This document shows, in pieces, positions 28,768 through 40,959 of a stretch of 64,000 nucleotides of DNA (within the stretch, counting starts at the first letter, position 1; the number at the start of each line of letters is the position of its first letter). Under the pieces are notes generated by a model. It made no database searches, was not told the origin of the DNA, and saw nothing but the letters and a program-made list of their open reading frames with translations. The DNA lies in assembly GCA_964016885.1 (NCBI GenBank), contig OZ024740.1, positions 383,656,001 through 383,720,000 of the forward strand. The letters are read 5' to 3'. The position numbers and the translations under genes were made by a program. This stretch comes from Eledone cirrhosa. Taxonomy: Eukaryota.

Positions 28768-29245
28768 AGCTCCAAAGGTATAATGAACATTGATAATTAT
28801 AAATCTAATTTCAAAATCAAAGTTAGAAAGATGGCTTTCCTAGAGCAATAAGTAATATTTAGGGTCGACTTCTGGTCATAGAACCACAAAGTTACTAAGA
28901 CAAAACATATATATCTGCTAGCATAAGTATGCATATGTATACATATGTCGGTAGATATATTAATTCTTTATAATTATCTCCAAATTATTTGTTGAGCAAA
29001 ATTTGCCGAAATTAGTACTGTGACTGATAGTAGTGGTTAGGCTCTGTCTTAATAGCACCCCCACTCAAGCTGGTTAACCTCAGTGTCACGTGATTGATTC
29101 TTTTGAATTTGCCACTTGACCAAGAAGGCAGTGAATTTTTCAATGGCTTGGAATCTAGCCCCGCTCGCTTTTTTCCATCCACTGAATTATTTGTATATAC
29201 GTTCCCAGTGTCCCCGCATTGCCTGGAAGCTTAGCTGAGAATAGA

Positions 29246-29322
29246 CTCCCTGATGACGTAAGGCTTCTCTATAGTTATTACGTAACTATATTTATCCCCT
29301 TACAGAAACTAATTAGTTGGAG
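29246..29322 (+). ncRNA. Type I hammerhead ribozyme with extended stem II
   Basis: Stem I CTCC/GGAG; CTGATGA at 29250-29256; stem II GTAAGG/CCTTAC plus TATAGTTA/TAACTATA; GAAA at 29305-29308; stem III ACT-AATT-AGT (palindromic); GUU site; C-A mismatch at 10.1/11.1. Confidence 0.72.
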
Positions 29323-29370
29323 GGAAATTTTAGTAAGTAAGACAATTTTCATAACTTTCTTATTTACGTC

Positions 29371-29437
<67 letters not shown>

Positions 29438-29849
29438 TCGTGATAAGCACTGGCAAATGAGACTTCTCTCTTAAGACAGACTTTAGATATGTATACATAT
29501 ATATATGCAACACATTTTAAAATACATATGTATATTTTCGTGTGCGTTAGTGTACTTAAAAAACTAATACCTACAGCTTGTGTTGTATCATGGTTGATCG
29601 TATTTTTTTTATTCATTTAGCATTTAATTTTTGCTGCCATTTTCTTTATTCTGCCCAAACGGGACTTACATGAATTTAAGAGGATAAGTATTGTCAGTGT
29701 GATAACTATGATTTTTGTACGATGACAGTCATTAACGTTTGATAAAAGACATATGGATGCCAGACTGATATACTCATCCAGAAAAACCATAACATAGAGT
29801 GTCATGGCTATAGAAACACCCCTAACCGTACACATACTGCACATGCTTA

Positions 29850-30049
29850 NNNNNNNNNNNNNNNNNNNNNNNNNNNNNNNNNNNNNNNNNNNNNNNNNNN
29901 NNNNNNNNNNNNNNNNNNNNNNNNNNNNNNNNNNNNNNNNNNNNNNNNNNNNNNNNNNNNNNNNNNNNNNNNNNNNNNNNNNNNNNNNNNNNNNNNNNNN
30001 NNNNNNNNNNNNNNNNNNNNNNNNNNNNNNNNNNNNNNNNNNNNNNNNN
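29850..30049. other. Assembly gap (200 N)
   Basis: Run of N. Confidence 1.
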
Positions 30050-30571
30050 AACAACCACAATAATAATAATAATAGAAACGTTAACCACAGACACAGCAAC
30101 AGTGACCACAGTAGTAATAACGGTAACAATACGAACAACAACAACAACAATAACCACAGTGGTAATAATGGACATAGTACATGTAGCAACATCAACAAAA
30201 ACAAGAAACATAATAATAGTAACAACCACAATGGTAGAAATAGCAGTAACAACAACAACAATAACGGTGAAGTAAACAACAATACATCTAGCAATCATAA
30301 CAATAATAATATTAATGCTAATGATAGAAACAACAACCACCATGATAACAATAATAGCAACACACACAACTATGACGATAGAAATAACGACAACCCCTTA
30401 GAGAAACTATTTTTCAACCCAGCTGACAAAACATATAAGATGGGTAATATCTATCCTACGAGGTTACCCTTTAATAAAAGAGTTTGCATACCACAGCAAA
30501 TAGATGACGAGACGGAGGCACAGTTCACCATAGCTAGAAATAAGATTAGATAAGTAGTAGACAGGTACACT

Positions 30572-32800
30572 ATGAGACAGAGCAGACCAGAGGCCCAACA
30601 ACTTGGGATAAAACCTGTAGAAGGCTTGGTTAGCCTCAAGCAGCGCACAAGGGATGGTGAGGTAGTGTGTCTACCCACAGATAAGTCTGGTAGGATGTCA
30701 ATAGATAGCATGCCGAACTACATCGAGGCAATGCAACCCCACATCACCAACACGAGCGAAGTTGCACAACTAACACACGATGGGAGAGAAAAAATCCTCA
30801 ACGCTCACATGATGATGTGGACTGACATCCTAAAGCCAAGCAGACGCACTGCCAACAACTTCCAGGCGTCTAACAATGGCATACCACCCTTGTATGGGCT
30901 CCGCAAAGACCACAAGACAGTCGACGACCCGACAACAGGACCACCAACAAGACCCGTATGCGGAGCTAATATAGCTAGCAACTACAGGATCTCCTACTTC
31001 CTCTCAATGGTTATACGCCCCATAATCAAGATGTCCCCAGATGTATGTGAAAGTACAGAGGACCTCCTCAGCAGAATCAGTGAGTGCAACAAAAACAGGA
31101 GCCTATCCAACTGCATAATAGGCAGCATGGATGTGGTGTCACTGTACCCATCCATTAACATTGATTTTGCTGTGAAAAGATGTGTGGAGATGATCATTGA
31201 GAGTGAGGTGGAGTTCTGCGACGTCGACACAGACGAACTGGGCCTCCTACTTAGACTTACCTACGACACTGACTACCTAGACAGCCATGACCTTAGATGT
31301 TTCTGCCCTAGTAGACCTATAAGAGGTAGACCCCCCACCATAACCTCAATGGCTAAAAAGACTCCCATAGGAAGGTGGATTGGGTGGACCAAAGCTATAC
31401 GGACCCCCCAAAACACTGATCAGGTAAGAAAAATGGTCGCACATGCAATAGGGGCTAGTATCAAAACTACCCTAAAGGGCCACATATTTAAGTTCAATGA
31501 GAAAATCTACACCCAAAATGAGGGAGCAGCCATCGGCGTCAGCATAGCTGGTGATGTTGCCAACCTTTTCATGGTATGGTGGGAAAGGAGACTTAAAGAT
31601 CTCCTTAATGAAAGCTCCATAGACCTCATCATGTACTCTCGTTATGTAGACGATATCAATATAGTTATAAGAACACCCCCACTAGAGAGCACTAACAAGT
31701 TTGATTTAGAACGTAGCACGATGGAAAGCATCCAGCAGATAGCTAATTCCATACACCAGAGTATAACTGTAACTATAGACTTCCCTTCCAAACACCCTAA
31801 CAATAGACTACCTGTATTAGACACAGAACTCTGGATTAACACTATAGACGAGAGAGCCCAAATTCTCCACTCACACTATGCTAAACCCATGGCCTCCAAA
31901 TACCTGATACTCAAAAACTCAGCAATGTCCAGTAGTGCTAAGTTTAATATTCTGATCGCAGATTTGGTACGAGTGATGAAGAATGTGTCCAGCATGTGCG
32001 ACCCAACAGAAATGGAAGGACACATCCAACACTTCATCAACCGCATGCAGTTCTCTGGCTACAACCAAAGAGACAGAGTCAGAGTATACGAAGGAGCCAT
32101 GGAAAAGTATAAGACCCTCATAGAACTGGACATGAAAGGAATTTGCCCACTATACAGGAGCAAATCATGGAATAGCTTAGATAGGGCTAGACATAAGATA
32201 GGGAAGGCCACATCATGGTACGACAACCAGAGATATCAGAGTGTCATGTTTGTGGACGCCACCCCTGGAGGGAAATTAGCTAACCAGTGTAGAAAGGCCC
32301 TGAGAAAGACCCACTTAAAAATAAAGGTGGTAGAAAAGCCAGGAACCACCATAAAATCCCTGATCAGCAAAACCTACCCTTTTAAGAAAACCCACTGTAC
32401 CAATAGGAAATGTATCATATGTAAGGTGAACCCCCGGATAAACTGTAAAACTAGAAACGTAGTCTATAGCATAAGATGTACAGAGGGTACTTGCAGAAAC
32501 ACGACAACAACATACATAGGTGAGACAGCTCGTAGCATAGGTGAAAGGATAGACCAACACTGGGGGGAACTAAAAGGACGAAAAAACGGGTCAGTACTAT
32601 ACGAACATGCTAGACAACAACATGACGGTAACATAGACAACATAGAAATTAGAATAATATCTAAACATAGGAATGACCCAGCAGATAGGCAAATCAGAGA
32701 GGCCAGTGAAATAGAAATTAGAAGACCAAAGCTAAACAGAAAGAATGAGTGGAACAACAACAACACCCAAACAAACAACACTGACCTAAGAGAAGTATAA
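30572..32800 (+). CDS. PLE RT plus GIY-YIG (copy A, 742 aa; upstream in-frame stop at 30551)
   Basis: PTDKSG, PTRPVCG, SMDVVSLYPSI, GAAIG..AG..ANLFMVWW, RYVDD, LPVLD, YAKPM, NVVYSIRC..YIGET..H..E..I..P.LN. Confidence 0.93.
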   Translation: MRQSRPEAQQLGIKPVEGLVSLKQRTRDGEVVCLPTDKSGRMSIDSMPNYIEAMQPHITNTSEVAQLTHDGREKILNAHMMMWTDILKPSRRTANNFQASNNGIPPLYGLRKDHKTVDDPTTGPPTRPVCGANIASNYRISYFLSMVIRPIIKMSPDVCESTEDLLSRISECNKNRSLSNCIIGSMDVVSLYPSINIDFAVKRCVEMIIESEVEFCDVDTDELGLLLRLTYDTDYLDSHDLRCFCPSRPIRGRPPTITSMAKKTPIGRWIGWTKAIRTPQNTDQVRKMVAHAIGASIKTTLKGHIFKFNEKIYTQNEGAAIGVSIAGDVANLFMVWWERRLKDLLNESSIDLIMYSRYVDDINIVIRTPPLESTNKFDLERSTMESIQQIANSIHQSITVTIDFPSKHPNNRLPVLDTELWINTIDERAQILHSHYAKPMASKYLILKNSAMSSSAKFNILIADLVRVMKNVSSMCDPTEMEGHIQHFINRMQFSGYNQRDRVRVYEGAMEKYKTLIELDMKGICPLYRSKSWNSLDRARHKIGKATSWYDNQRYQSVMFVDATPGGKLANQCRKALRKTHLKIKVVEKPGTTIKSLISKTYPFKKTHCTNRKCIICKVNPRINCKTRNVVYSIRCTEGTCRNTTTTYIGETARSIGERIDQHWGELKGRKNGSVLYEHARQQHDGNIDNIEIRIISKHRNDPADRQIREASEIEIRRPKLNRKNEWNNNNTQTNNTDLREV

Positions 32801-33070
32801 ATAAATAAGTAAATTAAATTAAATAAAATAAGATAAATAAATACATACACAAGCACATAAACACACACTAGTCACCCAGCAGACACAACACTATACACAC
32901 TAGTCACACATCACACATAACACTATACACACACGCAAACGCATGCGCAAAGAAGACAAAATAAAATAAGATAAACAAACAAGCAAATAAATAAATAAAT
33001 ATATAGACAGACTGAACACAAAAAAAAATGGCGTAGACATACAACACAACAGGAGGAACAATGAATATAA

Positions 33071-33112
33071 CACCACTGACGATGTTGCAGATGTGCAACG
33101 AAAGATTTATGT
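33071..33112 (+). ncRNA. HHR-like core in the PLE pseudo-LTR (second copy at ~37212-37253)
   Basis: CTGACGA-T-GTTGCA-GATG-TGCAAC-GAAA-GATT-TA; stem II perfect, stems I and III weak. Confidence 0.5.
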
Positions 33113-33307
33113 AAATTATGTAAACTATATATATATGTGTTTGTCTATATTGTATCTGTATTATTTTTGACCGCCGGTCAGTCAATGGCAACATTGAGGA
33201 CCGAGTAAGTTAGATCGCAGATATATATATATAAAAGACAGCGAGAAGCGAAAACCAACCAAACAGTGAGTGTGTTCTGTTATTAATTCTGGCAATATTA
33301 CGCAAAT

Positions 33308-36300
33308 ATGACCCTCCCCAAATATAACAATATCTGTTTCGACACACGATTTCATATAAAAAACCTCGCAAAACTAATTCATCGCCGCTATGGCATTAGC
33401 TTGTGCCAAGCTGAAAGGTTATTGAAAGACACTGTTTTCTGTTATATAAAAACTACAATAACAACAGAACAAATCCGCTTCTTAAAACACTGTGTTTCCT
33501 CCAAAACATACACAACAAACATATCAAAACAAGTAAATAATTTATTATTGAACAAAACACAAGCTGAACGGCTAAAACACACAATAACAGTTAATATGAA
33601 AAGAACAACATACACAAAAGTCAACGCACTCTACAGACAAAAACGCATCAACGGTAAGGAAATCCGAAATCTCATCACAGCAAACGAGAGAGATGACTTC
33701 ATGAGCGTCATCCGACGCGAAACGAAATATGCTCAAAACGAATGCTGTAGGCATTTCAAGAAGAAATTAGAATGGATGAATAAGAAAAAACTACAAGAAA
33801 GGAAAATCGAATATTCTCAAAAATACCCAGATAACATCGACAACATCCGTATGAGTGATGTAAAACTACCGGAAGAATTTACCAATGACCACACAGTAAA
33901 TATCTATGGGAACACTTTAATCAGTGAACAAGAACAACAAATCCTAAAGTTACCACCAAAATTTGCCATCTACAAAAAGATTAACCCTATGGAATGCAAA
34001 ACGGAGCTGGAAAAGTGTTTCACAAAAATACGTTGGAATGCAAAGGTAAACAACAACAACAATAATAACGGTAGTAGTAATATAAACAATAACTCTGGGT
34101 ATAGAAATAACAGCCATAACCATAACAATGGCAGGAAAGTGAGAAATAGTGATAATAGTAATAATACTAGCGATAGACAGAACAACAACAACCACAATAA
34201 TAATAATAATAGAAACGTTAACCACAGACACAGCAACAGTGACCACAGTAGTAATAACGGTAACAATACGAACAACAACAACAACAATAACCACAGTGGT
34301 AATAATGGAAATAGTACATGTAGCAACATCAACAAAAACAAGAAACATAATAATAGTAACAACCACAATGGTAGAAATAGCAGTAACAACAACAACAATA
34401 ACGGTGAAGTAAACAACAATACATCTAGCAATCATAACAATAATAATATTAATGCTAATGATAGAAACAACAACAACCACCATGATAACAATAATAGCAA
34501 CACACACAACTATGACGATAGAAATAACGACAACCCCTTAGAGAAACTATTTTTCAACCCAGCTGACAAAACATATAAGATGGGTAATATCTATCCTACG
34601 AGGTTACCCTTTAATAAAAGAGTTTGCATACCACAGCAAATAGATGACGAGACGGAGGCACAGTTCACCATAGCTAGAAATAAGATTAGACAAGTAGTAG
34701 ACAGGTACACTATGAGACAGAGCAGACCAGAGGCCCAACAACTTGGGATAAAACCTGTAGAAGGCTTGGTTAGCCTCAAGCAGCGCACAAGGGATGGTGA
34801 GGTAGTGTGTCTACCCACAGATAAGTCTGGTAGGATGTCAATAGATAGCATGCCGAACTACATCGAGGCAATGCAACCCCACATCACCAACACGAGCGAA
34901 GTTGCACAACTAACACACGATGGGAGAGAAAAAATCCTCAACGCTCACATGATGATGTGGACTGACATCCTAAAGCCAAGCAGACGCACTGCCAACAACT
35001 TCCAGGCGTCTAACAATGGCATACCACCCTTGTATGGGCTCCGCAAAGACCACAAGACAGTCGACGACCCGACAACAGGACCACCAACAAGACCCGTATG
35101 CGGAGCTAATATAGCTAGCAACTACAGGATCTCCTACTTCCTCTCAATGGTTATACGCCCCATAATCAAGATGTCCCCAGATGTATGTGAAAGTACAGAG
35201 GACCTCCTCAGCAGAATCAGTGAGTGCAACAAAAACAGGAGCCTATCCAACTGCATAATAGGCAGCATGGATGTGGTGTCACTGTACCCATCCATTAACA
35301 TTGATTTTGCTGTGAAAAGATGTGTGGAGATGATCATTGAGAGTGAGGTGGAGTTCTGCGACGTCGACACAGACGAACTGGGCCTCCTACTTAGACTTAC
35401 CTACGACACTGACTACCTAGACAGCCATGACCTTAGATGTTTCTGCCCTAGTAGACCTATAAGAGGTAGACCCCCCACCATAACCTCAATGGCTAAAAAG
35501 ACTCCCATAGGAAGGTGGATTGGGTGGACCAAAGCTATACGGACCCCCCAAAACACTGATCAGGTAAGAAAAATGGTCGCACATGCAATAGGGGCTAGTA
35601 TCAAAACTACCCTAAAGGGCCACATATTTAAGTTCAATGAGAAAATCTACACCCAAAATGAGGGAGCACCCATCGGCGTCAGCATAGCTGGTGATGTTGC
35701 CAACCTTTTCATGGTATGGTGGGAAAGGAGACTTAAAGATCTCCTTAATGAAAGCTCCATAGACCTCATCATGTACTCTCGTTATGTAAACGATATCAAT
35801 ATAGTTATAAGAACACCCCCACTAGAGAGCACTAACAAGTTTGATTTAGAACGTAGCACGATGGAAAGCATCCAGCAGATAGCTAATTCCATACACCAGA
35901 GTATAACTGTAACTATAGACTTCCCTTCCAAACACCCTAACAATAGACTACCTGTATTAGACACAGAACTCTGGATTAACACTATAGACGAGAGAGCCCA
36001 AATTCTCCACTCACACTATGCTAAACCCATGGCCTCCAAATACCTGATACTCAAAAACTCAGCAATGTCCAGTAGTGCTAAGTTTAATATTCTGATCGCA
36101 GATTTGGTACGAGTGATGAAGAATGTGTCCAGCATGTGCGACCCAACAGAAATGGAAGGACACATCCAACACTTCATCAACCGCATGCAGTTCTCTGGCT
36201 ACAACCAAAGAGACAGAGTCAGAGTATACGAAGGAGCCATGGAAAAGTATAAGACCCTCATAGAACTGGACATGAAAGGAATTTGCCCACTATACAGGAG

Positions 36301-36940
36301 CAAATCATGGAATAGCTTAGATAGGGCTAGACATAAGATAGGGAAGGCCACATGATGGTACGACAACCAGAGATATCAGAGTGTCATGTTTGTGGACGCC
36401 ACCCCTGGAGGGAAATTAGCTAACCAGTGTAGAAAGGCCCTGAGAAAGACCCACTTAAAAATAAAGGTGGTAGAAAAGCCAGGAACCACCATAAAATCCC
36501 TGATCAGCAAAACCTACCCTTTTAAGAAAACCCACTGTACCAATAGGAAATGTATCATATGTAAGGTGAACCCCCGGATAAACTGTAAAATTAGAAACGT
36601 AGTCTATAGCATAAGATGTACAGAGGGTACTTGCAGAAACACGACAACAACATACATAGGTGAGACAGCTCGTAGCATAGGTGAAAGGATAGACCAACAC
36701 TGGGGGGAACTAAAAGGACGAAAAAACGGGTCAGTACTATACGAACATGCTAGACAACAACATGACGGTAACATAGACAACATAGAAATTAGAATAATAT
36801 CTAAACATAGGAATGACCCAGCAGATAGGCAAATCAGAGAGGCCAGTGAAATAGAAATTAGAAGACCAAAGCTAAACAGAAAGAATGAGTGGAACAACAA
36901 CAACACCCAAACAAACAACACTGACCTAAGAGAAGTATAA
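33308..36940 (+). pseudogene. PLE full-length pol ORF (copy B, ~1210 codons) with Asn-rich insert, YVND catalytic substitution and TGA at 36353
   Basis: ORFs 33308-36355 and 36386-36940 are in frame; differs from copy A at a handful of positions. Confidence 0.93.
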
Positions 36941-37512
36941 ATAAATAAGTAAATTAAATTAAATAAAATAAGATAAATAAATACATACACAAGCACATAA
37001 ACACACACTAGTCACCCAGCAGACACAACACTATACACACTAGTCACACATCACACATAACACTATACACACACGCAAACGCATGCGCAAAGAAGACAAA
37101 ATAAAATAAGATAAACAAACAAGCAAATAAATAAATAAATATATAGACAGACTGAACACAAAAAAAAAATGGCGTAGACATACAACACAACAGGAGGAAC
37201 AATGAATATAACACCACTGACGATGTTGCAGATGTGCAACGAAAGATTTATGTAAATTATGTAAACTATATATATATGTGTTTGTCTATATTGTATCTGT
37301 ATTATTTTTGACCGCCGGTCAGTCAATGGCAACATTGAGGACCGAGTAAGTTAGATCGCAGATATATATATATAAAAGACAGCGAGAAGCGAAAACCAAC
37401 CAAACAGTGAGTGTGTTCTGTTATTAATTCTGGCAATATTACGCAAATATGACCCTCCCCAAATATAACAATATCTGTTTCGACACACGATTTCATATAA
37501 AAAACCTCGCAA

Positions 37513-37549
<37 letters not shown>

Positions 37550-37696
37550 AATATATATATATATATATATATACAAATATATATATATATATATACAAAT
37601 ATATATATATATATATATATATACAAATATATATATATATATATATACACAAATATATATATATATATATACAAATATATATATATATATATATAT

Positions 37697-37733
<37 letters not shown>

Positions 37734-37869
37734 AATATATATATATATATATATATATACAAATATATATATATATATATATATATACAAATATATATAT
37801 ATATATATAAATAAATATATATACATATTTATATATATATATTTCTTCTTGTACGTCTTTGCCCACTTA

Positions 37870-38520
37870 TTCTAGGAAAGGATATGCGGCCTAAGATCTC
37901 AGGTAAGCCTTTAAAATCTGTCTTTATTGAGACATTTTGACCACAGATTCACTGTGATCTCTCAATTCGAAGAGGTATCGGCTCTACATGGAACAACTCC
38001 CTGGTATCCGAGCTAAGCACTCTATCGTGTAACGTTACTCTAAAGTCCCTTACGAGGAACTCCATTTCGGCCATTTGTATTCACAATTATAATATTTCGG
38101 TAATTACACAAGAATCACCTCCATGGCTAAGGGTTTGCAGGAATACCGAATTAAATAAATTGAGATTGGCCTTTGTACATACCTCCCATTTTTGTTATTG
38201 ATGAATGCTGAATGTGGTACATTACTACATCAGTTTGTGCAATTCTTGCACTTAATTCAGTCTCTTATTTTCTATCACTCTTGAAAACAGCTCCATCATA
38301 GTTGCTACATGCTTCAATAGGAATCCACTCTTGAGTGCAGTGGATTACGCAAGCATCCTTGAGAGGATAAGTTTCTCAGTCGTCGTAGTGTAAATTTTCT
38401 TCCTGTCCTACAGTACTCGCCAGCAAATCAATCAACTGCATGTCGGAGATCACATTAAATTTAACAACACAGAGGAATGAACACGCAACGTCGCATCGCG
38501 ACTAGCTATGAAATGTCATT
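37870..38520 (-). mobile_element. Highly decayed RTE-like RT C-terminal fragment
   Basis: Minus-strand ETELSARIAQ-like motif near 38235-38265; many stops; boundaries approximate. Confidence 0.35.
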
Positions 38521-38901
38521 GAGTCTATATACATGCACTAAAATCATGTGAATCCTGTGAGTGCTCACCAGGATGTACCCTATACACTACACATGAAGAT
38601 AAAGACAAGCGCACACTGGTTCATGCCGGAGAATATGGAAAAACACACACATAAGCATTCATATACCACACATAAACACATACAATCAATTGCGCAAGGC
38701 ACAAACAGTCAACAGAAAGACCCGGTGGAGTAGCTAGAAATAAAGGAGATACAGAGAAGGTGAAGTTCAGAGAATATGTGATATCGGCCACTAACCCAAA
38801 CGTTTGTTGGTATTTATTTCAAAATCCACCCATCAGACAAAAGGCATTCCATCTTGAAATTACCAAGGTTTTAGAAGTATCCACGTGGATATCATTTGTT
38901 A

Positions 38902-39272
38902 CTTTTTTTTTTTTTTTTTTTTAAACCACAAACATGATTATTTAACTCTACTGGGAGGAAAGAATGGTATTTAACTAATGTAATGGTACGCGATGGGGCC
39001 CATCCACAGCCCCGACGGACAGAATGGAGAAGGCGTTTCCCCGGAGGACGGCAAGGGAGACGCGCTGGAAAAGCCACTCCAACTCGCGGGGCTCACACCT
39101 ACGGCTGGCCAGCTCAGCGCCTATGGTGGTGAGTAAAGAGGTAGCCCTGGGGCCGAGGACACTAGAAGTTTCCACTGCCAGGGGAACGACCGCAAACCTG
39201 TCGGAGAGCGACCGGTATTTGAGGAGTTTAGCCCCCTCAGCCCGACGTGCAGCAGAACCTGGGGCAGTTGCT
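38902..39272 (-). mobile_element. 5'-truncated CRE-like (restriction-like endonuclease) LINE 3' end with poly(A)
   Basis: AEGAKLLKYRSLSDRFAVVPLAVETSSVLGP..FQRVSLAVLRGNA; poly(T) on + at 38903-38922. Confidence 0.75.
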
Positions 39273-40959
39273 GCATTTTATTTGCGGAGGGCATTGGCTG
39301 CTATTTAAATTAGATTGACGTGGCCTGTATGTCTTCTGTATTATTTCAGACAACACCAATGGTTTATAAGTGGTGGCCACTACCCAGTCAGCCGAAATCG
39401 ATTCAGCCAGAGTGCAACAATTACTGCTTCTCTGCACGTATGCTTCGAGGAGCTAATCAGGATATTCACGCTTCAGCTATTTATGTATTTATGTATTCAT
39501 TTTTTTTTCACATTTGTAAGGTGTAATTTAAAGAATTTGTCCCATTTTCTTCAGTAAACTTACAAGTTTTTCTCTTTGAACATTTCACACGTTTGAACGA
39601 TAATTTTCCACTTGCAGTCATATACACTTTTATATTAATTCAGATACACATCTTTCTCTACGCATTTATTTTCCTTTTTTATTTTATTTTATCTCCACAC
39701 ACCATAGCCTATCTTCCAATTTCACTAATATATATATACATATATATGTATTGGATTTTCTTAGATCGAATTGAAAATATTACTCATTATTTATTAATTA
39801 CTGTTAACCTTTAAAGAATATATATTTTAAAAGAGTTGTCTGTTGAAAGTTTGTCTTTTCATCTCACTCATGCTCAGAAATTACTGGGTCTTGGCAATTG
39901 TCTCTTAACCACGTATTCAGATGTATAGGATTGTTACAACATAAATGGAAACCTCACACACGAGGAAAATTCGAAATTTAATTCAAAACCAAAATCATTA
40001 TATAAATCATGCAAGTCGCAGCATAACTACAAAATGGAGACGCTGAACGCTTGGTTCCTATATCATCTAAGCATTACTCAGTAGTACTATTTAAAGAGAG
40101 ATGATACGATAGTAACCATACACCGTATCGTTCTATTTTTCAGATAGTATTTATTAGAAAAGTTTGTTAATATTTGAAGTAAAAGTAACTTATTTAAGCT
40201 TGCTATTAAAAGTGATATTAATCCTATGAATAGCAATATCTACATTCATTCTTTTAAGTTTTACTATGTCAAATTGTAGTTATCCATAATAAAAATAACT
40301 ACTAGTTAGCATACTGTTTTGCCTCATTTTACCAATTATTTACTCTGAGACAAGCTGACTGTCAAATGTTTCTTGCTTAATGTTTTTCGATTCTGGTAAT
40401 GATATTCCTAGCCATTAGTAATTCAAAATATTGAAACTACTCTTGATTCATGTCAAAATAGGATACAGCAAACAAAATTATTCACATTTTAAATCTTAAT
40501 AGTTACATTAGTATGCCTTTCTATGAACTCTATATTCAAAGTCGTATCATAAAAAGGTTTAATATGTATCATTCTAGAGATGAAATATTATCTAGTGAAA
40601 GCAGTAATTAAGAAGTGGGTATTTGATATCTAATATTCACTCAAATGTTTATGAATATCAAGATAAATAACAAGATCTGATGATCTCTAACGATTAAAGT
40701 AATAATAATTCTTTCATTATTGACCTCTAATTATTATGAGACGGCGGTAACTACGGCGGAGTAAGTTAGTTGAATTTTTATGAGTTATCGAAAGTTCTAT
40801 ATACTATTTTTTACATCTGTGTGTAGCTAAAGAACCCCTCTGTCAAAAAAGGTGTATTTTTTTAACTGTATCTCGCGCCCTTGAGCGTTAAAATTGCATT
40901 TATTTACAATCATAACCCCCAATTTTGTTTTAAAAAAACATGGCGCACAAAAGAAATTG

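Larger units (their letters stand above)
30050..37515 (+). mobile_element. Head-to-tail tandem of a young Penelope-like element (unit ~4140 bp), Naiad-like motifs
   Basis: Offsets of 4140-4141 between copies (30572/34712, 32800/36940, 33308/37449); third copy truncated at 37515 into (TA)n. Confidence 0.95.

Noticed and set aside
29617-30553. ORFs spanning the N run
   Set aside because: Artefacts of reading through the assembly gap; the left side shows no similarity to the PLE.
33950-34507. Antisense hydrophobic poly-Val/Leu/Ile ORFs
   Set aside because: Reverse-strand shadows of the Asn-rich tract.
36353-36355. In-frame TGA as selenocysteine (reported for some Naiad PLEs)
   Set aside because: Copy A has TCA (Ser) here, and the diverged copy at ~19432 also reads TCA on the minus strand; it is not a Cys position, so this is a simple nonsense mutation.
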